From IMG/VR virus record IMGVR_UViG_3300020227_000030, positions 1-39,384 of that record: a stretch of 39,384 bases of DNA; one strand, 5' to 3'. The notes below the pieces were generated by a model. The model was not told the DNA's origin. It saw nothing but the letters and a program-made list of their open reading frames with translations, and did no database searches. Positions 20,118 through 29,221 of this stretch are shown one piece after another (position 1 is the first letter of the stretch; the number at the start of each line of letters is the position of its first letter). The position numbers were made by a program, and so were the translations under genes. This DNA is from a virus (lineage: Duplodnaviria > Caudoviricetes).

Positions 20118-20224
20118 TTCATTTTGCTCCTTTCTCTAATATCGGTTATACTTAGGTAAGTAGATTTTCTCGTATTTCTTTATATATCAAGGATTGTGCA
20201 ACGTTTTTGTACGCAATTTCACAA

Positions 20225-20315
20225 TCTTAAAGGGAAATTATCTCGAAGAAACCTTTCGGGTCGGTATTCGTCCCTCATAAAGATTACCCGTTTAAAATTT
20301 GTCCCCCCTTTTTTA
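20225..20315. other. Candidate cos region
   Basis: GC-rich patch (CCGACCCGAA on minus strand, 20255-20264) in the AT-rich gap between HNH and terS, the usual cos position. Confidence 0.4.
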
Positions 20316-20416
20316 TTTTCGAAAAATTATTTTTAAATTTCTTTCTCAAAATTTTCAACTCAAAATAATTCACCCAATAAAAAAAGACCCCAACAATTTT
20401 TGGAGCCGTACACTTT

Positions 20417-20815
20417 CTAATTTGATTTTTCTTTTCGTTTGTTTTTCTCTCGAATGGTTTTAACATTGTGACATGCATTACATAATGGTTGTAAATTGCT
20501 TTGATCTAATCTCTTATCCCAATCGTCTCTTAATTCTACAATGTGGTCGACTACATCTGCTTCAGTGTATAACCCATTGCGTAAGCACTCTTGGCATAAC
20601 CAGTCATGACGTAACATGCTCGAACGTCTTGCATGCTTCCATTCCTTCTTGTTATAAAATCCTCTATACTTTGAATCTCTTTCATATCTTAATGAATCAT
20701 AATTAACTTTAGATTCTCTTTGTAATTCTTCATGTTCATCACAATAAGTTTCTCTGAAATCAATTAACTTATTACAATTAATCTTCGAACAAACTTTCAT
20801 TGGAATTGTAATCAC
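20417..20815 (-). CDS. Packaging-associated HNH endonuclease
   Basis: CQEC, VDHI and NLQPLCNACHNVKT motifs. Confidence 0.93.
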   Translation of the reverse strand: MITIPMKVCSKINCNKLIDFRETYCDEHEELQRESKVNYDSLRYERDSKYRGFYNKKEWKHARRSSMLRHDWLCQECLRNGLYTEADVVDHIVELRDDWDKRLDQSNLQPLCNACHNVKTIREKNKRKEKSN

Positions 20816-20829
20816 ATTCTTTCTAACAT

Positions 20830-21063
20830 CTAATCATCTATCATTAATTGTTTATCATCATAAGTAATAATAACTTTCTCTTCATTGATTGTTCTTATAT
20901 CAAATATCTGATTAAATATATCTTTACTTAGTATATCTTTTAATACTGCATTTATCTGTTCTTCTAATGTTCCATGTGATTTCCTATCATACTTAACTAT
21001 CTTCACTTGTATCACGCTGCTATCACTCCTGTGTATGTAGTGATGTATAGTGCTATGCCTCAA
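20830..21063 (-). CDS. Hypothetical protein
   Basis: ORF in late operon orientation; start uncertain. Confidence 0.55.
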   Translation of the reverse strand: MRHSTIHHYIHRSDSSVIQVKIVKYDRKSHGTLEEQINAVLKDILSKDIFNQIFDIRTINEEKVIITYDDKQLMIDD

Positions 21064-21156
21064 CCCTCACGCCTATATAGTTAGTGTGTAATTGGTAGCC
21101 TTAATGTACCCGTGTATGTTTAGTGTTAGCATATGAGGGCTAGGGCATTAGACCAT

Positions 21157-21190
21157 ACAAAAAGACACACCACCCAAATGTGATGTGCCT
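21157..21190 (-). terminator. Terminator-like hairpin in late leader
   Basis: AGGCACATCAC-ATTTGG-GTGGTGTGTCT followed by TTTT. Confidence 0.6.
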
Positions 21191-21272
21191 GTATAATATA
21201 GTATCGATAACCAAGGCGTAAATTTATTAAAAGCCCGTCTATCTATTTGGTATAGCTTTTATATATTTTGCT

Positions 21273-21325
21273 ATAGTACCATAATAATGGATTTACAAGC
21301 GCACATCCACAACCTTGAGTGTGCG
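21273..21325 (-). promoter_or_regulatory. Putative RinA-activated late promoter
   Basis: CGCACA-N14-TGTGCG inverted repeat (21300-21325) just after rinA, upstream of extended -10 TGGTACTAT. Confidence 0.55.
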
Positions 21326-21332
21326 GTTAACA

Positions 21333-21776
21333 TTAGAAAGATACCCATCCAATTTTTTTAGCTGTCTCAAGTAATATCTTTGTACGCATTCGTTTAGCAG
21401 AATGACTACTTACTATAGTATCTCCGTCTTTCTTCTTAGTTATTTCATGTGCTATGTCATCCCATGTAGTAACTGTTAAATCCTTATCCCAATATCGATA
21501 CTCTATAATATCTTTTTGATCATCATTAGCCTTTCTATATACATCTTCTATAGCTTGGATGATAGCTTGTAAGTTACGGTACTTGTTATCTTTATGTAAC
21601 TTAATAACTTCATTCTCTACCGGATTACTTGGAAGATTAGATTTCCCTCCGCCAACATTTGTATCTTGTGGTTGATAAAGCAATTCATATCTTCTATATG
21701 CTAACTGCCCTTTAAGTTCTTCATAATTCTTCCAATACTGTTCTAATTTTGGAATATCTTCTTGAGTTAACTTCAT
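21333..21776 (-). CDS. rinA: Late transcriptional activator, RinA/ArpU family
   Basis: DIPKLEQY, RRYELL, DTNVGGGKSNLPSNPVE and YRYW motifs; precedes packaging genes. Confidence 0.9.
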   Translation of the reverse strand: MKLTQEDIPKLEQYWKNYEELKGQLAYRRYELLYQPQDTNVGGGKSNLPSNPVENEVIKLHKDNKYRNLQAIIQAIEDVYRKANDDQKDIIEYRYWDKDLTVTTWDDIAHEITKKKDGDTIVSSHSAKRMRTKILLETAKKIGWVSF

Positions 21777-21789
21777 CTAATGCCCCCAA

Positions 21790-22026
21790 CTAATCTTTAT
21801 ATTCTATCTCAATACTTGTTAACTGATTTAAATCTAAGTATTCGATTTTGTTATCAGGCTTATTTATTTCAACCACTGGCTTATGTCCAGTAGCATTAAA
21901 TACTAATCTTATATCTTTGGCTACTGTTGATATATTAACCACTTCATCCTCTGTATAAGAATCGCACCAAAACATAAACCACACTTTCACTTTCTTAACT
22001 GTTTCGTCACCCTTATAATTCAGCAT
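21790..22026 (-). CDS. Hypothetical protein
   Basis: Operon-coupled ORF with GGAGG RBS. Confidence 0.75.
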   Translation of the reverse strand: MLNYKGDETVKKVKVWFMFWCDSYTEDEVVNISTVAKDIRLVFNATGHKPVVEINKPDNKIEYLDLNQLTSIEIEYKD

Positions 22027-22027
22027 A

Positions 22028-22267
22028 TTAAAATAATCCTCCTTGGTTATATCCCATCATGCTCGCTCTCTTACTTTGCGCTTTGTTTATATCAACAGAA
22101 TCTAATTGCTTTCTATTCTTCAATACCTGTTCAATCTCGTACTGTAGTAATATGTTTCGTCTACATAATTTAAATATCTTCTCGTTCTTTTTATCATTCA
22201 ACACAATTAAGCTAATAATCAATGCTATGATTGCTATGCTAAATACAAAAGTTAAAATTACCCACAT
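22028..22267 (-). CDS. Membrane-anchored small protein (DUF1514-like)
   Basis: MW start plus N-terminal TM segment; AGGAGG RBS. Confidence 0.7.
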   Translation of the reverse strand: MWVILTFVFSIAIIALIISLIVLNDKKNEKIFKLCRRNILLQYEIEQVLKNRKQLDSVDINKAQSKRASMMGYNQGGLF

Positions 22268-22279
22268 GTTATTTACCTC

Positions 22280-22426
22280 CTATAATTTCTTCCATAAATC
22301 TATTTCATCGTAACTAGGTAGCTCTACCATATCGTTAGCTTGTTTCTTAACAATAATTTCATATGTGATCTCTTTGCTTAGTTCATATAGTACTATGGTT
22401 AATAATATTTTAAGTATGCGTTTCAT
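22280..22426 (-). CDS. rinB: RinB-like protein (48 aa)
   Basis: MKRILKILLTIVLYELSKEITYEII...ANDMVE; AGGAGG RBS; not in ORF track. Confidence 0.8.
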   Translation of the reverse strand: MKRILKILLTIVLYELSKEITYEIIVKKQANDMVELPSYDEIDLWKKL

Positions 22427-22437
22427 TTGTCATCCTC

Positions 22438-22611
22438 CTACAGAAATAATATTTTCATTTGCATGTACAATTGAGCCATAACGCCTATTATTATCATTGT
22501 GTATCCCAATACTTTGGTTTCTTTTCTAAGTCTGTTACCTAATAAATCATTTACGATTAACCAAGCTATAAAAATCGCCATTAATAATATGCTATTGATT
22601 AAAATATTCAC
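22438..22611 (-). CDS. 57-aa two-TM protein
   Basis: GTG overlaps upstream stop; MNILINSILLMAIFIAWLIV... Confidence 0.7.
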   Translation of the reverse strand: MNILINSILLMAIFIAWLIVNDLLGNRLRKETKVLGYTMIIIGVMAQLYMQMKILFL

Positions 22612-22844
22612 TCACTATCCTTTTTATATTTATTAGTTTTTGATAACGCACGACCAACTGGTCCACTATTAAAACTAGATGGCACATAATCAGTCAATCC
22701 TCTAGGTTTCTTCACTTTCTCCTTTGCTTCTTCTGCACTCTCTGCATCCACCACAATAAACGTTTCATTCTCCTTGGCTTTAGTTACATCCAGGAATACT
22801 TCGTCTGTTGTGTGGTGTATTTTGCGTACTAAATATTCGGGCAT
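22608..22844 (-). CDS. DUF1381-like protein
   Basis: YLVR and KAKENETFIVVDAESAEEAKEK motifs. Confidence 0.8.
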   Translation of the reverse strand: MPEYLVRKIHHTTDEVFLDVTKAKENETFIVVDAESAEEAKEKVKKPRGLTDYVPSSFNSGPVGRALSKTNKYKKDSE

Positions 22845-22848
22845 GTGA

Positions 22849-23166
22849 TCACTCCTTGAAATGTTTGTCTAATTCACTTTCAACATGATTTTCTAACTTG
22901 CCATTCTCAAATTGACGTTTACGACGTTCCTCGTACTCTCTTTGCTTATTACGAGTTCTTTTAGCTGCCTTGTTATACTTCTTCATTACTTCTCTTTCTA
23001 ATCTTTTATTTCTTGTAGATATCAATATAATTACAACAATGTAAAAAATAATGTATATACTCAGTGCTATTAGTTCAGGTAGTAATACCAACCACCACGA
23101 CCAATCAATTACATTTGTTAATCTCAATATAATAAAAACCAATGTTAATATTTCTGCAAATCCCAT
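22849..23166 (-). CDS. Membrane protein with IDWSWWLVLLP motif
   Basis: Hydrophobic N-terminal half, basic coiled C-terminal half. Confidence 0.8.
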   Translation of the reverse strand: MGFAEILTLVFIILRLTNVIDWSWWLVLLPELIALSIYIIFYIVVIILISTRNKRLEREVMKKYNKAAKRTRNKQREYEERRKRQFENGKLENHVESELDKHFKE

Positions 23167-23172
23167 CTGTAT

Positions 23173-23262
23173 TCACTCCTTATTAAGTATCTCTTTAACT
23201 TTCTTTAGAATGTCTTTAGATTCCTGTACTTCCGAACCCTTTTTCTCCTCTTGCTGTTTCAC
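23173..23262 (-). CDS. 29-aa ORF overlapping the dut 3' end
   Basis: AAGGAG-N7-GTG; MKQQEEKKGSEVQESKDILKKVKEILNKE. Confidence 0.5.
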   Translation of the reverse strand: MKQQEEKKGSEVQESKDILKKVKEILNKE

Positions 23263-23737
23263 TTGAAAACTCCTTAACTGGTACTAACTCTGGTGTCCAT
23301 ATTGGTACGATAACTAACTGTGCTAGTCGGTCGCCTTTGTTGATTTGGTATGTTCGAAGTTTGTATTTCTTATCACTCTTTAAATCTAGAACTCCTTTAC
23401 CTTCAGCGTTAAAATACGCCTCAGTTTTCTTTCTTTTTTTAATCGGTACATGGTCATTCTTAACATTAATCTTCATATGACCTTGAAACCCTGCGTCAAT
23501 CTTCCCTGTTTCAATCACAAGATGTGTCTTACTACTCACACCACTTCTGCTTGTCAGTAATCCCACATAGCCTTTAGGTATATTAACTGCTAGATCAGTA
23601 GCAATTAACGCTTTCTCTTGTGGTTCAAGTATCATTGTTTCTGCTGCGTATATGTCGTAACCAGCCGATTCATCATCTGCTCGTTTAGGTTTAGTTGCGT
23701 TGTCGCTTAGTAGTTTGATTTGTAATGTGTTAGTCAT
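23216..23737 (-). CDS. dut: Trimeric dUTPase with phage-specific insert
   Basis: AGYDI, SRSG, GKIDAGFQG, GDRLAQLV and RGEKGFGSTG motifs. Confidence 0.97.
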   Translation of the reverse strand: MTNTLQIKLLSDNATKPKRADDESAGYDIYAAETMILEPQEKALIATDLAVNIPKGYVGLLTSRSGVSSKTHLVIETGKIDAGFQGHMKINVKNDHVPIKKRKKTEAYFNAEGKGVLDLKSDKKYKLRTYQINKGDRLAQLVIVPIWTPELVPVKEFSSETARGEKGFGSTGI

Positions 23738-24008
23738 TACTGTCAGCCTCCATATTCATTATTGTTCTCTTAATAGCGTCATACTTATTTGCTTTAATAT
23801 ATATTTCTTCATATTTTTCTTGTTCGAATAATTCACCTATAGACATTTCCAATACTTCTGCTATTTTGTATAAATTTTCGAATTTTATTCCTTCTGAATG
23901 TCCAAGAGATAGTAATGATATAGAATTCCTAGAAATACCAGTCAGTTCACTTAATTCAGATTTACTAATCTTTCTATCTTCTAGAATTTCCCCTAATCTA
24001 AACCTCAT
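23730..24008 (-). CDS. XRE/YozG-like HTH regulator
   Basis: SELSELTGISRNSISLL, GIKFENL and IGELF motifs. Confidence 0.85.
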   Translation of the reverse strand: MRFRLGEILEDRKISKSELSELTGISRNSISLLSLGHSEGIKFENLYKIAEVLEMSIGELFEQEKYEEIYIKANKYDAIKRTIMNMEADSND

Positions 24009-24260
24009 CTACTCGTCCTCCAAATCGCTTAGTAAGTTGCTAAATTCGTTTGTGCTGTCTAGTTTGTCCATTTTCAATAACGTTTGTCTTGTAACATTTA
24101 ATGCCACTCTTTGATTTTCAAGTTGATGCGCCATATAAGCATCATGTAATAAAATGAAGTATTGAGTTTTTTCTTCTTTTAACTCTTGCCATGCCTTTTG
24201 ATAATTAATAGGCTCTTTACTCTCAAATTGTTCTAATAGCTCGTCAAATTTATTCGCCAT
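24009..24260 (-). CDS. Hypothetical protein
   Basis: Translationally coupled ORF. Confidence 0.75.
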   Translation of the reverse strand: MANKFDELLEQFESKEPINYQKAWQELKEEKTQYFILLHDAYMAHQLENQRVALNVTRQTLLKMDKLDSTNEFSNLLSDLEDE

Positions 24261-24527
24261 CTACTTAACCCCCAATTTATTTAGCTCACTTCGGTAATAC
24301 ATATACACATCGCTGCCAGGATGAATAACTAGTTTATAGTTAATGAGATTGTTAAATTCTTTAAGTAATTTTATATACTTCTCATTCTCTCGTTCCAACC
24401 TTTCATTATTGGCACGCAACACTGCTATATCATCGATTAGTGTATCGCGTTGTTTTTTGTAGTCGTCACGTTCACTTTCTAGTTTATGAATAATGTGTTT
24501 GTGCATATTAGTGTCCATTATTTCCAC
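24261..24527 (-). CDS. Coiled-coil hypothetical protein
   Basis: YKKQRDTLIDDIAVLRA, typical of staphylococcal phage early genes. Confidence 0.75.
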   Translation of the reverse strand: MEIMDTNMHKHIIHKLESERDDYKKQRDTLIDDIAVLRANNERLERENEKYIKLLKEFNNLINYKLVIHPGSDVYMYYRSELNKLGVK

Positions 24528-24609
24528 TCGCCATTACTCCTTTAGTCATAACCATAAAGCATATAATGAATATGATGATCACGGTTCCACTTGATACTAT
24601 GTCTATCAT
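24508..24609 (-). CDS. 33-aa single-TM peptide
   Basis: TAAATG coupling; MIDIVSSGTVIIIFIICFMVMTKG... Confidence 0.45.
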   Translation of the reverse strand: MIDIVSSGTVIIIFIICFMVMTKGVMASGNNGH

Positions 24610-25023
24610 TTACTTCACCAGCTTTCCATCACGCCAGATTAAAGTGTGTGTGCCATCGTCATTAACAAGGTGTAGTGTTTCTACTGGTTCACTATGGGAT
24701 TCTGCTTTATTCAACATAAGTTTGATTGAATAGTTTTCATCAATTCTTACTCGTTGATAACCAATACCATTCTTTAAGCAAATCTTTTTAAACGTTGTCA
24801 TTAATTTAGGTATCACTGTATCTTCCGTAATTTCTTCCTCGACTTCTACAGTGAAAGTTTCAGTTAAAGAAACGTGGTCGCATAGCATATCTTCGTTTTC
24901 ATCAAAATGTACTGCATCGCCATATCTATCACCGCAGAATGATCTTTCATGCATATCATTTTTCATCGCCCACTCAATCAACTGTGGTAAATTTTTCTCT
25001 ACTTTACGTTTAATCTTTACCAT
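24610..25023 (-). CDS. Hypothetical phage protein
   Basis: LPQLIEW, FTVEVEEEITEDT and TLIWRDG motifs. Confidence 0.8.
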   Translation of the reverse strand: MVKIKRKVEKNLPQLIEWAMKNDMHERSFCGDRYGDAVHFDENEDMLCDHVSLTETFTVEVEEEITEDTVIPKLMTTFKKICLKNGIGYQRVRIDENYSIKLMLNKAESHSEPVETLHLVNDDGTHTLIWRDGKLVK

Positions 25024-25217
25024 CTACTCAACCCCTCCATCGCTTTCCTATTATGTTCCTTATCTTCTGGCAACACTGCCATGACAATGCTGTATGTATT
25101 AACGGATATTAAAAATCCTTTAACTCCACAATCTTTTAGCAGCTTTGCCATTTCGACAGTATTTCTGCCTTTAGTATCTAGTTTGTATCTAGTTTTTATA
25201 GTGTCAGATAGGATCAT
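25017..25217 (-). CDS. Hypothetical protein
   Basis: Coupled ORF in early operon. Confidence 0.75.
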   Translation of the reverse strand: MILSDTIKTRYKLDTKGRNTVEMAKLLKDCGVKGFLISVNTYSIVMAVLPEDKEHNRKAMEGLSRW

Positions 25218-25432
25218 AGCGACAACTCTGCTTCTATTTCTGCAATACTTACTTTTTCACCGTAATACCAATTTTCCTTTGCATGCTTTTTGTAGCTGTC
25301 TGATGAAATCTTAGTTATAGTTTCAGGACTTACCCCTAATTTTTCTGCACATTCAGTTCTAGTGCCACCACAGACAACTTCATCACCACGATATATAACG
25401 TATTCATATTTAGGTTTCGGCATAGTGTTCAC
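25214..25432 (-). CDS. Small HTH-like DNA-binding protein
   Basis: YVIYRGD and GTRTECAEKLGVSPETI motifs. Confidence 0.75.
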   Translation of the reverse strand: MNTMPKPKYEYVIYRGDEVVCGGTRTECAEKLGVSPETITKISSDSYKKHAKENWYYGEKVSIAEIEAELSL

Positions 25433-25448
25433 CTCTGCTTATCTTCAT

Positions 25449-25799
25449 CTAACGCACCGCCTTAGGAAAGATACTTGTGTTCATTAAATACTCGCACCAC
25501 TTACCTCTATCATGGTTTTGTGGTGTGCCATCATACAACCAAGGACGTTCCTCTCTATGCTTTTCATCTCTATAATTAGATGTTGCTTCTGTATTGTCTC
25601 CTAAATATTGTTTTGCATAGTTGATGTACACTAAGTCTTCACGTCTCATTCCTTTAGGTACTTGGCAAGCTTCTGCTAACGTCCAATTTTTCAGTAATCT
25701 ATCTCGAATTAACTGGTTTGTAAGACTGAGTTTTTCCATCATTTCATAGTTATCGCCTTTAATTTCATACATTGCATAGTGTATTCTAATTATTTTCAT
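25449..25799 (-). CDS. PVL orf50-like phage protein
   Basis: RPWLYDGTPQNHDRGKWCEYLMNTSIFPK. Confidence 0.8.
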   Translation of the reverse strand: MKIIRIHYAMYEIKGDNYEMMEKLSLTNQLIRDRLLKNWTLAEACQVPKGMRREDLVYINYAKQYLGDNTEATSNYRDEKHREERPWLYDGTPQNHDRGKWCEYLMNTSIFPKAVR

Positions 25800-25800
25800 C

Positions 25801-25989
25801 TCAATAACCCCTATCTATAATTTTTACATCTTCAAACTCTAAAGGTTCTGCGTCCATGTATTCGTCTTTTAATGTCCACATTTCATTGTGTAATTTATCA
25901 GCAGCAGTATTATCATCATCTTTATGATCCACATACACTTTCTTCTCAACATAGACTTTGTAGCGAATCGTCGCTGATTCTTCATTCAT
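25801..25989 (-). CDS. Hypothetical protein
   Basis: Tightly packed ORF. Confidence 0.7.
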   Translation of the reverse strand: MNEESATIRYKVYVEKKVYVDHKDDDNTAADKLHNEMWTLKDEYMDAEPLEFEDVKIIDRGY

Positions 25990-25994
25990 TTAGA

Positions 25995-26405
25995 TCACTT
26001 CGCTTTCTTGCGTTTTCTTCTGACCTTTTGTAATTCTTCATACGTTATCCATTGCTTACCAGTGTACTTAGGAGCCTTACATATCCATGTTAGCTTCACG
26101 TCTTGGTATTTATATTTAAATATCTTTGCTTTCAATTTAGCAGTATCTGTGGCCATTCCTTTAACATCAATAACTTCAACTAAATGATTTTCATTCCACA
26201 ATGCAAAGTCTGCGATATATTCTGCTTTGCGTTGCTTACCAAACTTAGGAATTAACTCGTATCTAGGTTGCAACTCAATGTAATCAAATCCGTCTATATG
26301 CAACCTACTTTCTAAAAATTGGTAATATTCACATTCAACTTTGCTATCGAACACATTACCTTTGTATTCAACTTTTCTAGCGTTGTACTTACTCACGTCA
26401 TTCAC
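25995..26405 (-). CDS. DUF1064 PD-(D/E)XK-type nuclease
   Basis: SKYNARK, FDSKVEC, LQPRYEL, YIADF and DVKG motifs. Confidence 0.9.
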   Translation of the reverse strand: MNDVSKYNARKVEYKGNVFDSKVECEYYQFLESRLHIDGFDYIELQPRYELIPKFGKQRKAEYIADFALWNENHLVEVIDVKGMATDTAKLKAKIFKYKYQDVKLTWICKAPKYTGKQWITYEELQKVRRKRKKAK

Positions 26406-26407
26406 TC

Positions 26408-26656
26408 CTACAGATCAAATATGTTCATTTGGCTACCAAGTTCTTGCTCGTACAATAGATTGTGCACTGATTTAAAATGCATAAGTTCATCATCAGTCAT
26501 ATTCTTTTCTGTACCTTCAAAGTAAGCACCGGTTAGATTGCCTACATTGTTTACATTTGTTCCTAATGGAAGAATAGAGATTACTTTTTCGTCATTATCT
26601 CGGTATAAGTAATACTTACTTTTATATCCTTCAACTAATCCCATCTGTCCGACCAC
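26408..26656 (-). CDS. DUF3269-like protein
   Basis: KYYLYR and HNLLYEQELGSQMNIFD motifs. Confidence 0.75.
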   Translation of the reverse strand: MVGQMGLVEGYKSKYYLYRDNDEKVISILPLGTNVNNVGNLTGAYFEGTEKNMTDDELMHFKSVHNLLYEQELGSQMNIFDL

Positions 26657-26841
26657 TCCATTTCCTTGTAGATAATATCCTTCTTATTGTCATACTCATC
26701 AAATGGCGTTATACGCCCACTCACAAGCAATCTTTCAGTTGCCCAACCTAATTCAAGTAAATTAGCTTGAATGAGCGTGTCGCCCTTGTATGTGTTTCTG
26801 TAAAGGTGTCCTAGTAGTTGTTGAAATTCTTCTATAATCAT
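26635..26841 (-). CDS. Hypothetical protein
   Basis: ATGA overlap with helicase stop. Confidence 0.75.
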   Translation of the reverse strand: MIIEEFQQLLGHLYRNTYKGDTLIQANLLELGWATERLLVSGRITPFDEYDNKKDIIYKEMEWSDRWD

Positions 26842-28094
26842 CCGTAAAACCTCTGTGATTTTTTATAAAATTCCAGTTCTGCAGTACCAGTTTCTCCATC
26901 TTTATTTTTAGCAATAATAAATTCGATGTCCGATTTGCCTGAATCACTTTTTTGCAGCTCTTTATCGTAATAGTCTTCTCTATATAAAAAGAAAATCATG
27001 TTTGCATCTTGCTCTATGCCACCGGCTTCTCTTAAATCACTCATCATTGGCCTTTTATCATTACGTGATTCAACCCCACGGCTTAACTGAGACAATGCTA
27101 TAATTACGCAACCTGTTTCCTTAGCTATAATTTTCAAGTCACGTGATATTTTTTCCACTTCTAATCGTCTATCTCGTTGTGGAACATCTGATTCCATCAA
27201 TGTTAAATAATCTATGAAGATGACATGTGGCTTTTCTGATGGTTTCATTGCAATTTCTCTAACGTGTTGTGGTGTCATTTGTGCTTGATCCTCAATGCGT
27301 AAGTTGTTATGTTGTTTAATCTTATTGATTGCACCCATAATCAGTGAGGTTTCTTCATCACTCATACCATCAGCTTGTTTAATTTTGTGTAATGGTATGT
27401 TAGTTATGCTTGATACCAATCGTTCAACAATATTGTTGCCACCTGTTTCTAAACTAAAGAAAGTTGTTGGATAATCTTCTAAAGTAATATTCCATAGCAT
27501 ATTTAAAGCAAGTGCAGTTTTTCCTAAGCTAGGTCTTGCACCTAAGACATTCAGTTGGCCACTTTCAAATCCCATAATTTTATTGTCTATTGTGGAGAAA
27601 CCCGTTTTAATGAATTCTTTTGGTTTATCTGAAAGAATGTGGTCCATAACTTCCATCAAATAGTTATCAGTTGGATTTTCTTTATCAATAGTCATGTTGT
27701 CTAATTGTTGAAGTTGTTCTATTAGATGTTTAAAGTTAGTGCGATTCGGCATTGATTGATATTCTGATGACTCTTTAGCAGCTTGTTTAATAATGTATGA
27801 ATCTAATAAGTTCATCTGGTCCTGCATAAAAAACATCTTATCCGTGCCTTTTGAGTTATAAATTTCACCTAGCCTTTTAGTAGATATGAAATCTTTATCT
27901 TCACGACTTTTGTAATATATTTGGTTAACATCTACTTTTCCTACATCTATAATGTATTGAATAAACCCTTGTATTTTATCATCGCTAAACATTTGTGGTT
28001 TGAGTTTTAATTTAGCTATCAAGTCTGGATTACGCATTAGATTAGATACGATGGCTTCTTCTGTTGAAAGTACATTTATATTAGTCATCTTCAC
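26838..28094 (-). CDS. dnaB: DnaB-like replicative helicase
   Basis: GARPSLGKT, FIDYL, LSQLSR, SDLREAGGIEQDA and AKNKDG motifs. Confidence 0.95.
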   Translation of the reverse strand: MKMTNINVLSTEEAIVSNLMRNPDLIAKLKLKPQMFSDDKIQGFIQYIIDVGKVDVNQIYYKSREDKDFISTKRLGEIYNSKGTDKMFFMQDQMNLLDSYIIKQAAKESSEYQSMPNRTNFKHLIEQLQQLDNMTIDKENPTDNYLMEVMDHILSDKPKEFIKTGFSTIDNKIMGFESGQLNVLGARPSLGKTALALNMLWNITLEDYPTTFFSLETGGNNIVERLVSSITNIPLHKIKQADGMSDEETSLIMGAINKIKQHNNLRIEDQAQMTPQHVREIAMKPSEKPHVIFIDYLTLMESDVPQRDRRLEVEKISRDLKIIAKETGCVIIALSQLSRGVESRNDKRPMMSDLREAGGIEQDANMIFFLYREDYYDKELQKSDSGKSDIEFIIAKNKDGETGTAELEFYKKSQRFYG

Positions 28095-28437
28095 TCATCC
28101 ATTCTTGTTTCATTTGCTCCCATTGTTGCTTTAGCTTTTCACGATTCTTAACATACTCAGGATCATGCTTCATTCTATATTTGTGTGTTTCTTCAATAGG
28201 TATGGTGATGTCACTTGTTTGTTTAGGTTTACTATCCATTATTTCAGCGATTGCAGGTTTAAATTTGTTTTCACGGATGTACTTCTTGGTTTTATATAAC
28301 GACTTTTCATAGTCTGCATATTGGGTTAGTTGCTCCACCCACAATTTCGTCTTTAAATCATCGTTAGAGAAGTTCATATTGAATGCAGAATCAACTAGGT
28401 TAATTATCGTGACTGCTTCCTTTTTAGTCATACTCAT
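28081..28437 (-). CDS. Helicase loader/inhibitor (G39P-like)
   Basis: Lies between initiator and helicase; YIRENKFKPAIAEI motif. Confidence 0.75.
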   Translation of the reverse strand: MSMTKKEAVTIINLVDSAFNMNFSNDDLKTKLWVEQLTQYADYEKSLYKTKKYIRENKFKPAIAEIMDSKPKQTSDITIPIEETHKYRMKHDPEYVKNREKLKQQWEQMKQEWMSEDD

Positions 28438-28441
28438 TCAT

Positions 28442-29221
28442 CTACTCCTCCCCGTTCATTAATCTATCTAAATAACTATCACCTTTTTTGTTAGTTACGA
28501 CTGTTTTATTTAGGTAACTTTCAAACTTAGTACCAAATAATGTTTCTGGCCTTAAGTACATTTCCATTTTTTCGCTGCCTTTCCATTCTGTAACCATGTT
28601 GTCTATTACTTTTAAGAAGTCATCTTCAGTAAAACCTTCATTAAATCTCGCTTTGATAAGTGATTGTGTTTTATTAGTAGTGTGCTTGTATTTTTTACTT
28701 GCTTGTTCATTTAAATGATTAATAATATTTTTGTAAGGAAGAGAAGGAGGTCTTTCTTCTTCTCTTTCTTCTTCTTCTTCTAATTCTTCTTCTGTTGCGT
28801 GACTGTCACGTGACTTCACGTGATTATTTTCTAATAATTTCTGTTTTTCTCTTTGTTTCTGTTTACGTAGTCTATTTTGCTCTCTGATTTTCTCAAGTCC
28901 TTCGATGTTTTGGTGCTTTTCCCAGTTAGCAACTTTAAGAATTCCATCATCATATTCAATCATGCCTAACATAGTGAAAGTTTGAAGTGCTAACCTTACT
29001 GTGTTAAGTGATCTGTTGAATTCGTTAGCCAACATTTCTTCGTTATACGGAAGGTTTTCTGACAACATGATGTAGCCTTGCTCATTGCGTTTACCAGCTA
29101 AAGTTAACAACTTAACCCAAATCGTTATGATTGTATCTCTTTCAGGTAAACCCTCTATATATTTGATTTTGCTATCATCGAACATACCGACCTTTAACTT
29201 TATCCATGATACTTCGCTCAC
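28442..29221 (-). CDS. Replication initiator (replisome organizer)
   Basis: WIKLKVGMFDDSKIK N-terminal domain; YLRPETLFGTKFESYLN C-terminal domain. Confidence 0.93.
   Translation of the reverse strand: MSEVSWIKLKVGMFDDSKIKYIEGLPERDTIITIWVKLLTLAGKRNEQGYIMLSENLPYNEEMLANEFNRSLNTVRLALQTFTMLGMIEYDDGILKVANWEKHQNIEGLEKIREQNRLRKQKQREKQKLLENNHVKSRDSHATEEELEEEEEREEERPPSLPYKNIINHLNEQASKKYKHTTNKTQSLIKARFNEGFTEDDFLKVIDNMVTEWKGSEKMEMYLRPETLFGTKFESYLNKTVVTNKKGDSYLDRLMNGEE
28795..28824. repeat. Iteron-like CGTGA repeats, probable phage origin inside the rep gene
   Basis: GCGTGACT-G-TCACGTGACT-TCACGTGATT next to a GAA-rich tract. Confidence 0.6.

Noticed and set aside
20284-20478. 64-aa ORF after HNH
   Set aside because: Overlaps HNH and the AT-rich putative cos region; no RBS
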